A DNA stretch of 64,000 nt. Source: Lytechinus pictus (taxonomy: Eukaryota). Below the pieces are notes generated by a model. It had not been told where the DNA came from and ran no database searches. It saw nothing but the letters and a program-made list of their open reading frames with translations. The position numbers and the translations under genes were made by a program. The stretch spans positions 11,098,001-11,162,000 of the forward strand of contig NC_087256.1 of assembly GCF_037042905.1 (NCBI RefSeq). The letters run 5' to 3'. Below, one piece after another: positions 1 to 13,500 of the stretch (the first letter of the stretch is position 1; each line of letters begins with the position of its first letter).

Positions 1-2049
1 TACATGTCATAATTATAATTATGAAATATAATTATTAGATTAAATACGTGGAAGTATCATTCAACTGCGGAAGCATTTTTCATTGAGAAAAAAACAATGA
101 GAGCGCGGGAAAACCAATTCTGACGCCATTTGCCGTCTGCTGAAAGTTATCGTTAGTGTTTGAGGAGTTAACTTTATCATGCTAGTAAATCAGCGATGAA
201 AATAGCGATTACCCTCTTCCTATCTATCATCTTATCATCCTACTATGAAAATCAACACAGTATTAATTGATCAATTACCCCCAACTTTCCATTCGGGAAT
301 CTACAACAACGCGTAAGGTTACGTATCTATGTCTTGATAATTGATGACTGATTTTCAGAAACGATGAAATTATTAGCAGAAATTAAACAGTGACAAATTT
401 CTGTCAAAAGCACTTATGGGAGATAAAAATGGGAATGCCGCTTTGTGTCTAATCTAAACCCTCATCTAATTAATTAAAACAAGTGTCAGCGATGACTAAG
501 GGGACTTAGCTTCCCTTCTCTCTTTTCGTTTGATAGTCCCAGTTGACATACTACAAGATATGTTGCTATGTTTATAAGGCGAGGAAATGTGGCTAATTAA
601 TGCTGTGCCTTTCGGAGCACGCATTATTTGACAACTGGCAACCTATCTTGTAAAGGGTTAGGCCAGGATTAAGCCCGGGTGCTTAGCGCGGAGACTCCGG
701 GACCGCGCCGTGCGGACTCATCCTTTAAAACCCTCTCTCTTTTCTTAACAATAGTTAAAACGAAGCCAGGGAATTAGAAAATATAGAAACTGTGTCAGCT
801 TGAAATTAAAGGGCAACTCGATTTTATATATGCTATCACTTATTTTCATATGACTCGATTAGAAATCGTATGCAACCATTTTTTGAATACAAATCATTTT
901 TTTTGCTAACAAATTCGTTGATCTTCCTTTAATTCATATGAACATAAATAAATTAACATTTAGACATATATATTTACAAATATAGATTTATGCCCATGAG
1001 AAAGAGTGTGATGCTATTAAGTTGCACTATTGAGTTGCTATGGACATGTAGAGAAAGATGAGATTTTCTATCGGAAATGTTTCATGCTTTCACAATGATC
1101 TATAAAAAAAAAAAAAAATTCGTCATACTTTATTAAAACTGACAAAATTATATTCAAAATACTAGCCTAAGTACACGAAGGCGTATATAGTTGCTATGAA
1201 CAGTCGGAATATATTTATATACACATATGCATATTTTTCAAATAAATACCAAAACACAGTGGAGCCTTTAAGGCTGCGATAAACTTGCTTTGGCGACATA
1301 GATCATACCTTCCTATGAGCTCTGTATTAACCAGTTATTAACAGGTGCTTGTATTAATTAATCACCCGAATCCTTCGAGGGATGCTTTTTACAAGGCGAT
1401 GATTGCTGCTTATAATGAGACAAATAAATAACAGGATCAGAGGAACAGAAAATGTTAAATGCGATAACTTTCCATCTTTTTATACTGTTCACATCATCAC
1501 GAACCGTGAAGAATTTAAGAGGTCTTTCGGGTTTTTAGAGGGAATTGGCTTCAGAGCCGCTGTGATCTAGTAGATGAGATTGGTAAATCAATAGTTTCCG
1601 CCTATTTGAGCGCTGATTTGGGCTTGGAAATCAGTGGGGATTGGAAAATAAGACGTGAGGTATCCAACAGACATGGGCATAAAACAACAAGACTAAGAAA
1701 ATAGTTTATTTTCTTTTGTTATCATGCACATTTTGAATGTAAAGTAACGGGGCGAAAATAATTATCTTCTCTTTTTTATTCATCTGACGACCCCCCCCCC
1801 CTATCTCCTAGTCGTATAAGAAGGCTTAATAGGTAATTTCGTATTTTCCACTTCTAGTAAAAACAAAAGGTAGGTATAATTACACGAATTGTGGTTATAA
1901 CTCTCATTGGACCAAAAGAAAAATGATAAATAGAAGACGGGACATTATTTGTGGTCACAATAGCTATAGTCGCAGCAGTAAAAGTAGCAGCAGCAACAGT
2001 ATAAGTAAAAGTCATGACAGTGATAGAATTACTGATAGTACAAACAGTA

Positions 2050-2558
2050 NNNNNNNNNNNNNNNNNNNNNNNNNNNNNNNNNNNNNNNNNNNNNNNNNNN
2101 NNNNNNNNNNNNNNNNNNNNNNNNNNNNNNNNNNNNNNNNNNNNNNNNNNNNNNNNNNNNNNNNNNNNNNNNNNNNNNNNNNNNNNNNNNNNNNNNNNNN
2201 NNNNNNNNNNNNNNNNNNNNNNNNNNNNNNNNNNNNNNNNNNNNNNNNNNNNNNNNNNNNNNNNNNNNNNNNNNNNNNNNNNNNNNNNNNNNNNNNNNNN
2301 NNNNNNNNNNNNNNNNNNNNNNNNNNNNNNNNNNNNNNNNNNNNNNNNNNNNNNNNNNNNNNNNNNNNNNNNNNNNNNNNNNNNNNNNNNNNNNNNNNNN
2401 NNNNNNNNNNNNNNNNNNNAGTGGTAANNNNNNNNNNNNNNNNNNNNNNNNNNNNNNNNNNNNNNNNNNNNNNNNNNNNNNNNNNNNNNNNNNNNNNNNN
2501 NNNNNNNNNNNNNNNNNNNNNNNNNNNNNNNNNNNNNNNNNNNNNNNNNNNNNNNNNN
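2050..2558. other. N-runs (2050-2419, 2428-2558); further N-runs at 51197-51325 and 55549-55783
   Basis: Undetermined bases. The AGT/CAG-rich flanks and an 8-nt island AGTGGTAA suggest masked or unresolved simple repeats. Confidence 0.9.
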
Positions 2559-3953
2559 GTTTATTTAGAGTTAGATGTATTTGTTTTCCCTCAGCAAAAT
2601 ACAAACATTTATACAAGATCTACAGAATTCTCAATTAAACATAAAAGTACAATATTAAACGTGTTATTCAGTAATTAAATCAGGGACTGAAATTAAAAAA
2701 AACGTAGCAATTGTTCAAACTAGAACTAATCTCACTAAGTTAATACGAACATTAATCCAAGTTTTCCAAACAAGGTATGAGTATAAAGTTTAAGTAACAA
2801 AACGGAGAAGGCTCACTTAAAAAGATACAATGCTTGTAAAGGAGGCAAACCCTCGAGTCTTAGATTCAACTTGTAAACGGTAAAGAATCTTGTGTGCAAT
2901 AATTAACGGGGTATAAATTAGCAAGGGTATAGAAGGAATAAGACACGAGGAGTAGAGAACAAAACGTGATATCAAGGGGGAGGGGGGATGCAAGTAAAAA
3001 AAAATGGTGACACCAGTTATCGTCGTCGTCACCATCGCATTCCGGGATTTTTTTTATAAAATGACAAAGAAAATGAAAAAAAGGTATTTTCAAGAAGTTA
3101 ATTATGTTCCCTTGAAAAACCGAGGCTTTGCAGAGGGGGATACAGACCGTTAGTAATCAAGCAATCGTCACAATGTTTCTAGTTGTCTGGTTGTATGCAG
3201 GTTTGTCTTTTATGTAAGAAGCGAACTGAAGTTAATTTTGAATTTCCCCTCATCGAGGACGAGATACCTTTGAACAGCTTCCTTTGTTGACTAATTCAGT
3301 CTCACCTTCTTGCTTAGTTCCAGGGGCGTAGCAAGGATAGTTCTTTAAAGCATGTTTAAAGTGTACATACTCAAGAGGGTTCACAAAGTGTGTATGAACA
3401 TGAATACAGTCTCGGAAGAACACAGATGTTTAACATGAGTACAGTCATTAGAAGGGATAGATATGATTTTGAGTATACGGGGAAAACGAGACCAGCTTTA
3501 GAGTGAGTGGTTCTGGGATCATAATGGGCATGGAATATATTCAATGACACTCCGTTGAATCATGGATCCAAAGTAGTAGGTCCATGGTTGATTGGAGAGG
3601 CGGAAAGACCAGAGAAGGATAAAGCCAGGGAGACAGAAAGAGGGGAAAGGCGTGAAACCCCAATACGCGGCTAGGTCTAATTAATGCATTTGGGAATGTT
3701 CAGTTGGTTCTAACGTAAATCGGATACGTAAAGAACCGAACCACTGAGAAGGTCCTCACACGGTATCCAGGGTCGTTTTTATAAAGCGTTTGTAAGTTGC
3801 GAATTACTTTCCCCACGACTGGCGAACTTTGCTGATGTTAACTGATTTAAGTGTATTTTAGTATTTTAGCAGCCACTTCGCAGACGTTTTCTGGAACGTT
3901 TAAGCGTTGGGGAACCTGAGTCAAGTCCTTGAGAGGTAATAGACATGGGATCA

Positions 3954-4119
3954 GGACCGTTTCATGAAATTTGTCAGCACTGACAAATTTACTTTCTCCA
4001 ACAGTTACCAGAGCGACAGTCAGAGTTTAGTGCCTCTCAGCCAATCAAAAGCAAGAATTTAACTGAAATTGTCAGGAATTACAATTTAGTCAGTGCTGAC
4101 AACTTTTACGAAACGCCCC
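3954..4119. mobile_element. Short Harbinger-like MITE (CWG target) with internal CCAAT
   Basis: GGACCGTTTCATGAAATTTGTCAGCACTGAC / GTCAGTGCTGACAACTTTTACGAAACGCCCC. Confidence 0.7.
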
Positions 4120-4393
4120 CAGATGTGGCGTAGCAATATGGATCCAATGTTCCCGAATGGTTCATTATGAGGGACATTGCTTACATGGGTCAAAATCAGC
4201 GTACGTGATCCAATCATTTAGGTCATCGCATGGGGTCAGATGTGTGACTTTGCAACGTCTTTGAAAATGGATTCACATAAGATCAGTTGCGTGATATAGG
4301 TCCAGACTTTAGGACAGAGCTCACCTTGGATCATATAATAACATGAGTCCGTAGGTGTACTATTAATCTTCAACATCAATGAATGGGTCCTCT

Positions 4394-4507
4394 CAGTGGC
4401 GGACCGTGACCCGGAGGAGACAAAGCATTGGAGGGGCACTGTATTGTTTGTGAACAATGCTGTGCCCCTCCAATGCTTTGTCTCCTCCGGGTCACGGTCC
4501 GCCACTG
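4394..4507. mobile_element. 114-bp palindromic hAT-type MITE with 8-bp TSD
   Basis: 46-bp perfect inverted arms (4394-4439 / 4462-4507) starting CAGTGGCGG; GGTCCTCT duplicated at 4386-93 and 4508-15. Confidence 0.92.
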
Positions 4508-4523
4508 GGTCCTCTCTCCCATC

Positions 4524-4847
4524 AGTAGAGAGTTTTTGGCATTTACTACGGAGCCGCTCTCTACAACGCACCAATTCCTTTGAAAATGCAAAGTCAATTC
4601 ACAATGGAGAACTGAGAGGCTTTTGTCGAAAATTGGTGGACCGGGGACAGCAGCGTTGTTTCTTGGCTCTGGATAACGACATACTTGCCATTGTTCGTCC
4701 GGTGCAAATATTCGGATGATCTACTATCCCGGTACACCAACTTCCGACAAAATCCTCACTGGTCTCCATTGTGATTTGACTTGCATTTCCAAAGGAATTT
4801 GTGCGTTGTAGAGAGTGGCTCCGTAGTCAACGCGAAAACTTTCTAAT
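4524..4847. mobile_element. Foldback MITE with about 130-bp imperfect inverted arms
   Basis: ACTACGGAGCCGCTCTCTACAACGCAC (left) versus TGCGTTGTAGAGAGTGGCTCCGTAGT (right); about 70-bp spacer; ATC on both flanks. Confidence 0.8.
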
Positions 4848-5374
4848 ATCTGTAACGTGACTGTTTCATTTTTCTAAAGGATAAATTCTTAGATTATATC
4901 AAAGGTCAGCTTTGAGAAAGGGATGAGATAAGTATAATAGGTCCATTCATGAAACGGATTTCACATGAGGTCAGATATGCTACTTGGGCCAACTCTGAGA
5001 TTGACCTGTTACTAGGACTATAATGAGACGAATAAATATACAACGTTACCTCTATATCTGACAGCACGGTCAGTGGGCTTACATAGGGTCAGATGTATGG
5101 GAATCCTATCTTCGCGGAAAATGGAATCTTTGTGAGATATGTTCCAGGGTTTGAGAGGTCATAACTGATTATCATACACATATGACGGGTTCTGAAGAAG
5201 TTAACCGTCTTTAGTCGGTCCACAGGTATTTCATGAATATAAATTGCATACGAATTTAACATTTTCTTAACTAAACGTCCCTAACATGCCTGATTTAAGC
5301 CAGGTATTTCCAACTACCTATTCAACTATGGGCTGTTTAAGTTTTACGGATAGACCTCGTGAGATGAGCGAATT

Positions 5375-5679
5375 GGAGCGTTGTGGCCCAATGGATTAGT
5401 CTCCGGACTTTGAAACAGAGGGCCGTGGGTTCGAATCCCAGCCATGGCGTAATTTCCTTCGGCAAGAAATTTATCCACATTGTGCTGCACTCAACCCAAG
5501 TGAGGTGAATGGGTACCTGGCAGGGATATATTCCTTGAAATGCGTGTGCGCTGTAATCTTAGTAATTACGGCTGCCAAGCTACAGCTGGGGCAATAATAT
5601 CCAAGTCCTTTGGAAGCGCATAGAGACATTATTCATAATTGTGATATGCGCTATACAAGAACTGTGTATTATTATTATT
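5375..5679 (+). mobile_element. tRNA-derived SINE with CORE-like centre and (ATT)n tail
   Basis: A-box TGGCCCAATGG, B-box GGTTCGAATCC, CCTTCGGCAAG...AATGGGTACC core, AGCGCATA..TATGCGCT 3' stem, TATTATTATTATT tail. Confidence 0.88.
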
Positions 5680-8431
5680 GGTTTAAGTAAACGAGGTCAT
5701 CAGCTATCCTATTCCCTTCCTTCTTCCCCATCATATTTTTTCTTAATCACTCCACTTAATTTCAGCCTTGTTGATACGACTCTACATATGTTTCGGTCTC
5801 TTGCAAGTGTTACTACACAGGAAATGTGTAATTGTTCCTAAAGTAAACGCTCTCAGTGTTTTCCCGACCTACCTCTCCTTTGAGAGTCGGTTCCCTAACA
5901 GCACCTCCATGCCAGGTTTTTAATCGGTGCACACGGCCGTCCGGAAATGCTGCTAATTGGAATAATTGGAATATTGACTTGTTGAACGCTGCCACTGACT
6001 AATCAGGCAACTGACGAGAAAATTGGCGACAACAAGACGCCGCGATGCGTTAGCCGCAGCAGTTAAATCGGGGACTAACACGCACCTTATGCAGCCGTAT
6101 TGTGCCCCTAACCACCTTGTTAGCCTCGGCTTTACTCTCTTGCCATCACAGACATTTAATACTGGCACACAGGTGACTCTCTTTTAATACATCTCAATTA
6201 GATAGTATAAGCCGAAGAGGTTGCGCACCACTCTCGAGTTGAGTGGCGCCATATTAGACAAAGCAGTGCAAACGTCCTCTGACTACTTGTACTTTGATAA
6301 CTTACAGACCATATGCTTATAAGCAGATAATCCAATTCGAATTCGTTACCGCATTAATATCGTTGATTTAGAAGGTATTATCGAGGTATCATCTCCATTC
6401 AATCGAATCGAATGCTACAGTCAGAAGGACAATGGGGGTATATCAAAGCCCCTTTTCTAAACATTTCGGCTTCTTTCATATCTTATGAAGACATCATCTT
6501 GATAAGAATTTTTAATAGAAAGTAAGAATTTAAAGAGAAAATATGTCTTAATCTTTAGAAACTGAACTAGATTTCGTTTTGGTACAGCTCATATCTATGA
6601 AACTAAAAAAAGTCATCTAGATTCCAAAAATTCGACTAGAAGTAATTCGGGGGCTTTACTCTCCAAGCATCTCGTACTGCAACAAGCACGAAGAGAATTT
6701 TAATGGACGGAAAATCAGTACATTTCCTCAAAACTATATATTTTTTAAATCTTAACTTAAATCCTAATCTGATAGCTCTTAACATGCCAAAGGCACCAAT
6801 TGGCAACACATCTTAAATTTTAATAATAATAATAATAACTGCAATTATTTTGCCACACTAAAAGTTACATCGAAAAGGTACCTGATCGCAATCAATCCTC
6901 TTCTGTATACACAAGTCCACGCAGCGGCCCTGTCTTCTGCTTTAACCCATACAAACTACCCTGACATACCATCTGCTTCCCTCTTTGCCCCCACCCCTCC
7001 CCTTACCCTCTTTATTACTTAGAACACTTAAAGCCGTCTTACCTCTAAAACATACTACCCGGCTTTCTACCTCCATGCTCCTACCAGGGACAATTCCCTG
7101 CTCAGACGTCGCCCAACATCTAAACCACGCTTTCCTGACTACACAGTTTTTGACACCATACTCTGCCCATCTCTACCTTATTCTTATTGTACCAGGTCTT
7201 GTCCCTGTCCTCTTCTGTTATTATCCTACACCGCCCTGTCTTTACTACTATGTAGTTCTTACGTCCTACTCTGAAACTCTCTGGCTTCTTCTACCCTGCC
7301 CCAACTAAGCATTCTTGACATCCTACTCATCCCCTCTCTGCATCTTCTTACTCCTATATCTGATCGTTCTGCATCTAAAACCATACTGCTTTACTATGTC
7401 GTCACCCTATACCAGTACCCTTGGATTGAAAGTCCTGGTCTGCCGATGCCGACTCATCATGCAACCTGTTCGTGCTTAACAATTGGCATTTGACGTAGAT
7501 ACCTTGTCTAGTTTGTGGATTGTAGCAGGCACATCGGTTTGAGTGTCGGTGCCAAGTCATAGGATGTAATCAGAACAATTGTTGCCCTGTTTGGTTGATA
7601 ATTCGCGGCAAAACAAGGAAATCATAGCCGGATCTGTCAGCTTAGTAAAGTGCTCATTGACGCTGAGTATTGGGATGATGTTCGTAGCTCACGGAATCCC
7701 TATCAACCTTCACCGCAGCAAGTGTTGAACTCGCGCCCAATTTAGAACTGTAGGAAATCATTAGGATAATTAGTGTCAAGTATTCGACAACATCTCCACA
7801 CGGGCAGATTAGAAAATTAAACAAGAGCATTATTTTTATTCAAGGTGGAAGATGAAGATGAATTTTTTACCCTTAAAATAAAAAGGACAGGTTTGAATGC
7901 TCTAAATGTATTACCCATTTGAAATAATCCCTCGTACATGTCGTACGTAACAGCCAAAACTAGACGATGCTACTGATATTAATGCAAACAATATTGGTTG
8001 CCTGACCTTGCAACGAGTGTAACGTGTGTATGGCACGTATGGTGACGTAACATTGAAAGTCAGTGGTGTGGCTACTGGGAGATGTGAGGATGCCACGCCC
8101 CTTCCCCTTTCAAACTTTTTCCAGAGCATTTACAAAAAGCTGTGGGCAGAAAAGGGAAACAGCAAGAAAAGGGAAGTGTAAAAGTGAAGGAAAAATTGGA
8201 ATAGAACAGAAAAGGAAAGAAACAGAAAAAATGTGAAAGAAAGGAGAACAAGTACAGACAAAGAGTGGAAAGACCCGAACCAAGGCAAAGAGTCGCTCAT
8301 CCAGTGCCGGTCTTCATGGTCTTAGGTTCCCAGTGGGACGTGTTCATCGATTTCGCAAATTTGTCATTACGTGTCATTGCGAAGAAAATGTTTTTTTTTA
8401 TCTTTTCTCCTCTTTTTCTTTGTCTCTTTAA

Positions 8432-9033
8432 AGGTCAAGTCCACCACAGGAAAATGTTGATTTGAATAAATAGAGTAAAATCAAAATCAAAGTAGCATAA
8501 CGCTGAAAATTTTATCAAAATCGGATGTAAAATAAAAAAGTTATGACATTTTAAAGTTTCGCTTATTTTTCAAAAACAGTGTTTTGCACAACTTAGTGAC
8601 ATGCAAATGAGACAGTCGATGATGCCCTTCATTCACTATTTCTTTTTTTTTTAATGTTTGAATTATACAATATTTCATTTTTTACAAATTTGACAATATG
8701 GACAAACTTGACTGAACCATGTATTAAACAATGCTAATGCCATATGTTCAGGGAGGAATTATTGTTGTTTCACTTGACAATGAGGAGAAAATTAGAATAT
8801 TTCATATTTCATATAATAAAATGCAAAAGAAATAGTGAGTGGATGATGTCATCAGTCTCATCATTTGCATACCGGCCAAGATGTGCATATAACTGTTATG
8901 TGAAATTAAGCGAAAGTTTAAGATCCATAACTTTCTTATTTTACATCCGATTTTGATGAAATTTTCAGTGTTTTGTTTGTTGGATTTTTCTCTTTTTATT
9001 CAAATAAACTTTTTGTTGGGGTGGACATGTCCT
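8432..9033. mobile_element. TTAA-flanked (Kolobok-like) MITE, about 600 bp
   Basis: TTAA|AGGTCAAGTCCACC ... GGTGGACATGTCCT|TTAA with long sub-terminal inverted repeats. Confidence 0.88.
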
Positions 9034-9435
9034 TTAACTTACTTTCATCCATATTCATTCATGTTACCACCTTCCTTCTTTTCTTTCATTTTTTTTCCTT
9101 TGTCCCCTCTCCTATTTTGCTCTTTCCCAAACCCTTTAACAAATTGTCCGACAGGAATTTATAGAATGAAAGAAAACCTCTTACTTGCGTTAATTCGCTG
9201 AGGGTCAAAATTTGGGGAAGATAATATGATCTGAGATGTATAAATATCGACATCTCACGGGGTAAATGAAATACAGTGATAAAAATGTTGAAATGATAAT
9301 ATTACCTTACTGGATGATTTCAGAAAGCAGACAATTATGTAATTTAAGTGAATGAGTTTTCACAATAATTGTTCTATTAGTGAGGTGGTGTAATATATTC
9401 TCGGTACATGCTCATTTTCGAAAGGCCAAGTCCAC

Positions 9436-10067
9436 TTGAGGCCAACAGTGAACTCCTCGACCCCCTTGTAAGTAAGATCAAGGCTACTATTATTGATGAA
9501 TTAACTACAATGATTACCCAAAAGGTTGGTGACAACCTAAGGGAAAACTTGAATTTTGAAATGGCGTCGAGGGATGAAAAGATAAACAAACTAGAAAAGG
9601 AGATGGAAATGATAAAGGAGCAACAGGATGAAGCCGAGCAGTACTCGAGAAGAAACTGTCTTGTGTTTCATGGTTTGAAGGAGAGTGAGGATGAAAACAC
9701 AAATGAGATTGTGAGAAAAGTATGTGAGGAGAAACTGAAAATAAACATTCAAGATGGCGACTTCGATAGGTCCCACCGATTGGGCGCCAAAAGGGAGAAG
9801 TCATGTGGGATCATCGCGCGCTTCACTAGCTACGACGTTCGTAACCGAATCTACCAAGCTAAGAGGATCTTGAGAGGTCTCGAAGGAGACCCCATCTTCA
9901 TACAGGAGAGCCTGACTAAGTCCAGATCTACTCTGTTTTGGGAAATCAAGTCCAAATACAAAAATAAATATAAAAGTATATGGACTCAAGATGGCCGCAT
10001 TCGCGTCATAACAAACGATGGTCATCGACATACGCTGACAAAGGAAGCCCACATTCGAAGATTATAA
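9436..10067 (+). pseudogene. LINE ORF1 (L1/CR1-type coiled-coil + RRM-like nucleic-acid chaperone), open to its stop
   Basis: ORF 9408..10067 with motifs EQYSRRNCL, DRSHRLG, IIARF, IFIQESLT, WTQDGRI. Its first 9 codons appear to come from flanking DNA and a MITE end. Confidence 0.85.
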
Positions 10068-10592
10068 TCTATTGGAAGCATCTACAATAGCATCTCTTCA
10101 GGGTTTTGGATACAGTGAACTACATATTGTTCATTACAGGTTGTCGAGGTCAAACTACATCATTTTATAGAAGTCGGCCCTGATCTCGGATTTACCTTGT
10201 TTCCATTGAACTTTTCTTTTTAACAATTAAGCTTGTCCGACGTACTATGCAGGATTATCCTTCGCACGTAACAATGACTGATTTCAGCTTTCAATCTGAT
10301 CTTCTCTGAAAGAACACTGACTGTAACGTATTTAGTATACCTTTTGGGTTTGCCTAATGAAGTGAGGAAGTGGTGTTGTTGAGGAACCATTTTGTAATAT
10401 TCTAAACGTAGCCGTTTTTTACCACACAGACCTTTGGGTCACTGTTTCGGTTAATTCTTTGGTACTTTTAAAACAAACTTTTATGTATATTGTATTTATT
10501 TATTTATTTATTCATTTACTTTTCTAATATCATAGTTGTATCATATTTTAAAACTTTTTTTTATTGTTATTGCATATACTTGTTGGGGGTAA

Positions 10593-13500
10593 TTTCCTTG
10601 TGTTCTTTGTAACAAAAATGTAAATTCAAATCATATAGCACTTAAATGCACTACGTGTTGTAAATGGGTACACATATCTTGCGCACGGATTCCAGTTAAG
10701 GTGTATAATGATACTTCAATGGTCTTTTTCAACTGGGAGTGTACAAAATGTATTTTCAAGCATCTTCCATGTTTTATAGAAGAAAGCATTGAAGCATATA
10801 ATGAAACTGAAAGTAATACACATCATTGTAAAAAGAAAGATAACGTTTGTTTGAAATATGATCAGATGTCTGATAAAGGTATTAAGTTTGTTCACTTGAA
10901 TGTAGCCAGCCTTCTGAAAAATTACGATGAAATTAAACATATTTTTGCTTTAAACGAAACTAGATTGGATAGCTCCATTGTAGATAGTGAAGTTGAAATA
11001 CATCATTACTCTATCATTCGTGCGGACCGTGATAGGAACGGAGGCGGGGTGGCAGTTTATGTGCACGAATCTTTTTGCATGTTGAGTTGATTAATCATAA
11101 TTCTCTTTCTGGGTTAGAGGCAATATGTTTACGGATCCACTTAAAAAACACTAAACCGTTATTATTCTTTAATTGGTACAGGCCGCCTAATAGTAGAATT
11201 GAGGTATTTCATCAATATGAACAATTTTTAGAATTTGCTTGTAGTTTTGATTGTGACATTATTGTCATGGGTGATATTAACTGCGATATTACGAAAAAAC
11301 CATTTTATGGAAACACCAAGATCTTTGACCAAATTAATACTGTATATTCGCTAAAATTTATAAATGACTTTTCGTGTACCAGAGTGACAGATTCGTCTTC
11401 TACGCTTGTTGACCACATGTTAACTAATAACATGGATAAAGTGAAAGCTCACGGTGTGTTATGTAATGGGATGAGTGATCATTACATTAGTTATTTGATA
11501 TGGAAATCCCAACAAAAATTCTCATCTGGTGAAACTTATATAAAGGCGACCGCACACCTTACGATTGGTCTGCGACCCGATTTCAGAATAAAATGTAGAA
11601 GAATTTGATGCTAATATTGAGACTTGGAATATCCTACTGTACTATGTTCTAAATCATTGTGCAAATACCTATGTTCAAGTCTGTGACTATGCTATCATCC
11701 TTCTTAGAATAAACGCGAATTTAATATCTGGTCGTAATGACGTCATAGCAGTCGTACGATTGGTTACGATTTGAAACTAATTTGGCCTTTACTCCAAAAT
11801 AAAAGCTTGCAATCTTTCAAAATGGTTATATTAGTATTCTTTCAATTAATTACAACCTCAAATAAAATGATGTGTTTCATTCACATTTTCAGAAAATGAG
11901 CAAAATGCTATTTGTTCCAAAATCGGATCGCGAACAGTCGTAAGGTGTGCGGTGGCCTTAAGGTATAGAAAATCCAGAAATGTTGATTTGGAGTCTTTCA
12001 GAAATGACCTTCGTAATCAAAACTGGAGGATAATAAAAGATTTTGATGATATTAATGATGCTGTCAATAAGTGGGAAATAATGCTATTAGAAGTTGTTAA
12101 TAAACATATGCCCTTAAAATCTAAGCGCATTCGTAAAAAAATTCTCCTTGGATGAATAATGAGATCTTGTCTTTAATGAAAGAAAGAGATAAAGCTAAAA
12201 GAAAGGCCAAAACTAAAAACGATAATGATTTATGGAAATTATATAAAACTCTGAAAAATAAGGTCACTTTTGTCATCCGGAAATCTAAACGTAAATATTA
12301 TTGTGACAAATTATCAAATGTAACAAATAGAAATGACTCTTGGAAAATACTAAAATCCGTTATGGGCAAAAACAACAACTCGTCTAATAGCACTTTTCCC
12401 AAAGTAATGTCAGATCATGGACCTATATGGTCAGATGAAATGGCTAATGGTTTTAACAATCACTTTGCTAATGTGGCGTTAGAAATTGCTGATGAGTCAA
12501 CAAATGTACACCATGATCATGTAGCGTCCACTCTGCATGAAAACTTTAAATTTTCGCATGTCTCTGAAAACGATGTCTTGAAAGAGGTTCATAATTTGAA
12601 GAATACAAAGTCTGTTGGTCTAGATGGTATTTCGGTATATATAATCAAAGAATCAATTCCAGTTTTAATCGAACCTATTACTTTCTTGATAAATAAATCT
12701 TTATGTGATGGTGTTGTACCTGAGAAATGGAAAGTAGCCAAAATTGTTCCTATTCACAAGAAAGGTGATAAGTTTGAATTTAACAACTATAGACCGATAT
12801 CGATTCTACCCTGTGTGTCTAAATTAATGGAAAAAATTGTGCAAAAGCAATTGCTTCGTTATATTCAAACTCATTCTTTACTTTCTGCATTTCAATATGG
12901 ATTCCGTCCGAAACACTCTACCATTACTGCTCTTGCTAAGGTAACGGATGACCGGTTTCATTTTATGGACAACTTGAATGGGCAGTATACAGGGGCTATT
13001 TTTATAGACCTTCAAAAAGCTTTCGACCTGGTCGATCATGCAATTCTCCTATCCAAACTTAAAAATATTGGTATATCTGGTGATGAATTGCATTGGTTCA
13101 AAAGTTATTTGACTAATAGAAGAATACGTACATCCATTAATGGAATTTTATCAAAAGAAAGGGTCATTTTAAGGGAGTACCCCAGGGATCTCTCCTTGGA
13201 CCCTTACTGTTCATTTTATTTATTGATGATATAATTTCTGTATTTAAAGAGTGCACCGTACACCTTTACGCTGACGACACAGTAATATATTTCTCACATA
13301 AAGATATTAGTTATCGAACTCGTCCTTAATAAGGAGCTGGAAAGTCTATCTGCCTGGATGAACAGGAATAATTTGAAAATAAACTATGATAAAACTGTAA
13401 GCATGTTGATTGGAACACCTAAAATGCTTAAAAGGTCACAACGTTTACAACTAAAAATTGACTGTCATTTACTGACTCAAGTGAATAGCTTTAAGTATCT

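Noticed and set aside
1923-2678. Long ORFs spanning N-runs (also 51134-51537 and 55362-55838)
   Set aside because: They are open only because Ns contain no stops.
4236-4719. Mirror-image ORFs sharing ADRDPEETKHWRG on both strands
   Set aside because: Artefact of the palindromic MITE at 4394-4507; not a gene pair.
5375-5450. tRNA-like sequences (also 15161-15235 and 46780-46845)
   Set aside because: Degenerate cloverleaves that continue into SINE bodies and tails; these are SINE heads, not tRNA genes.
6985-7308. 107-aa Pro/Leu-rich ORF
   Set aside because: Pyrimidine-biased low-complexity DNA, TTG start, no splice or domain support.
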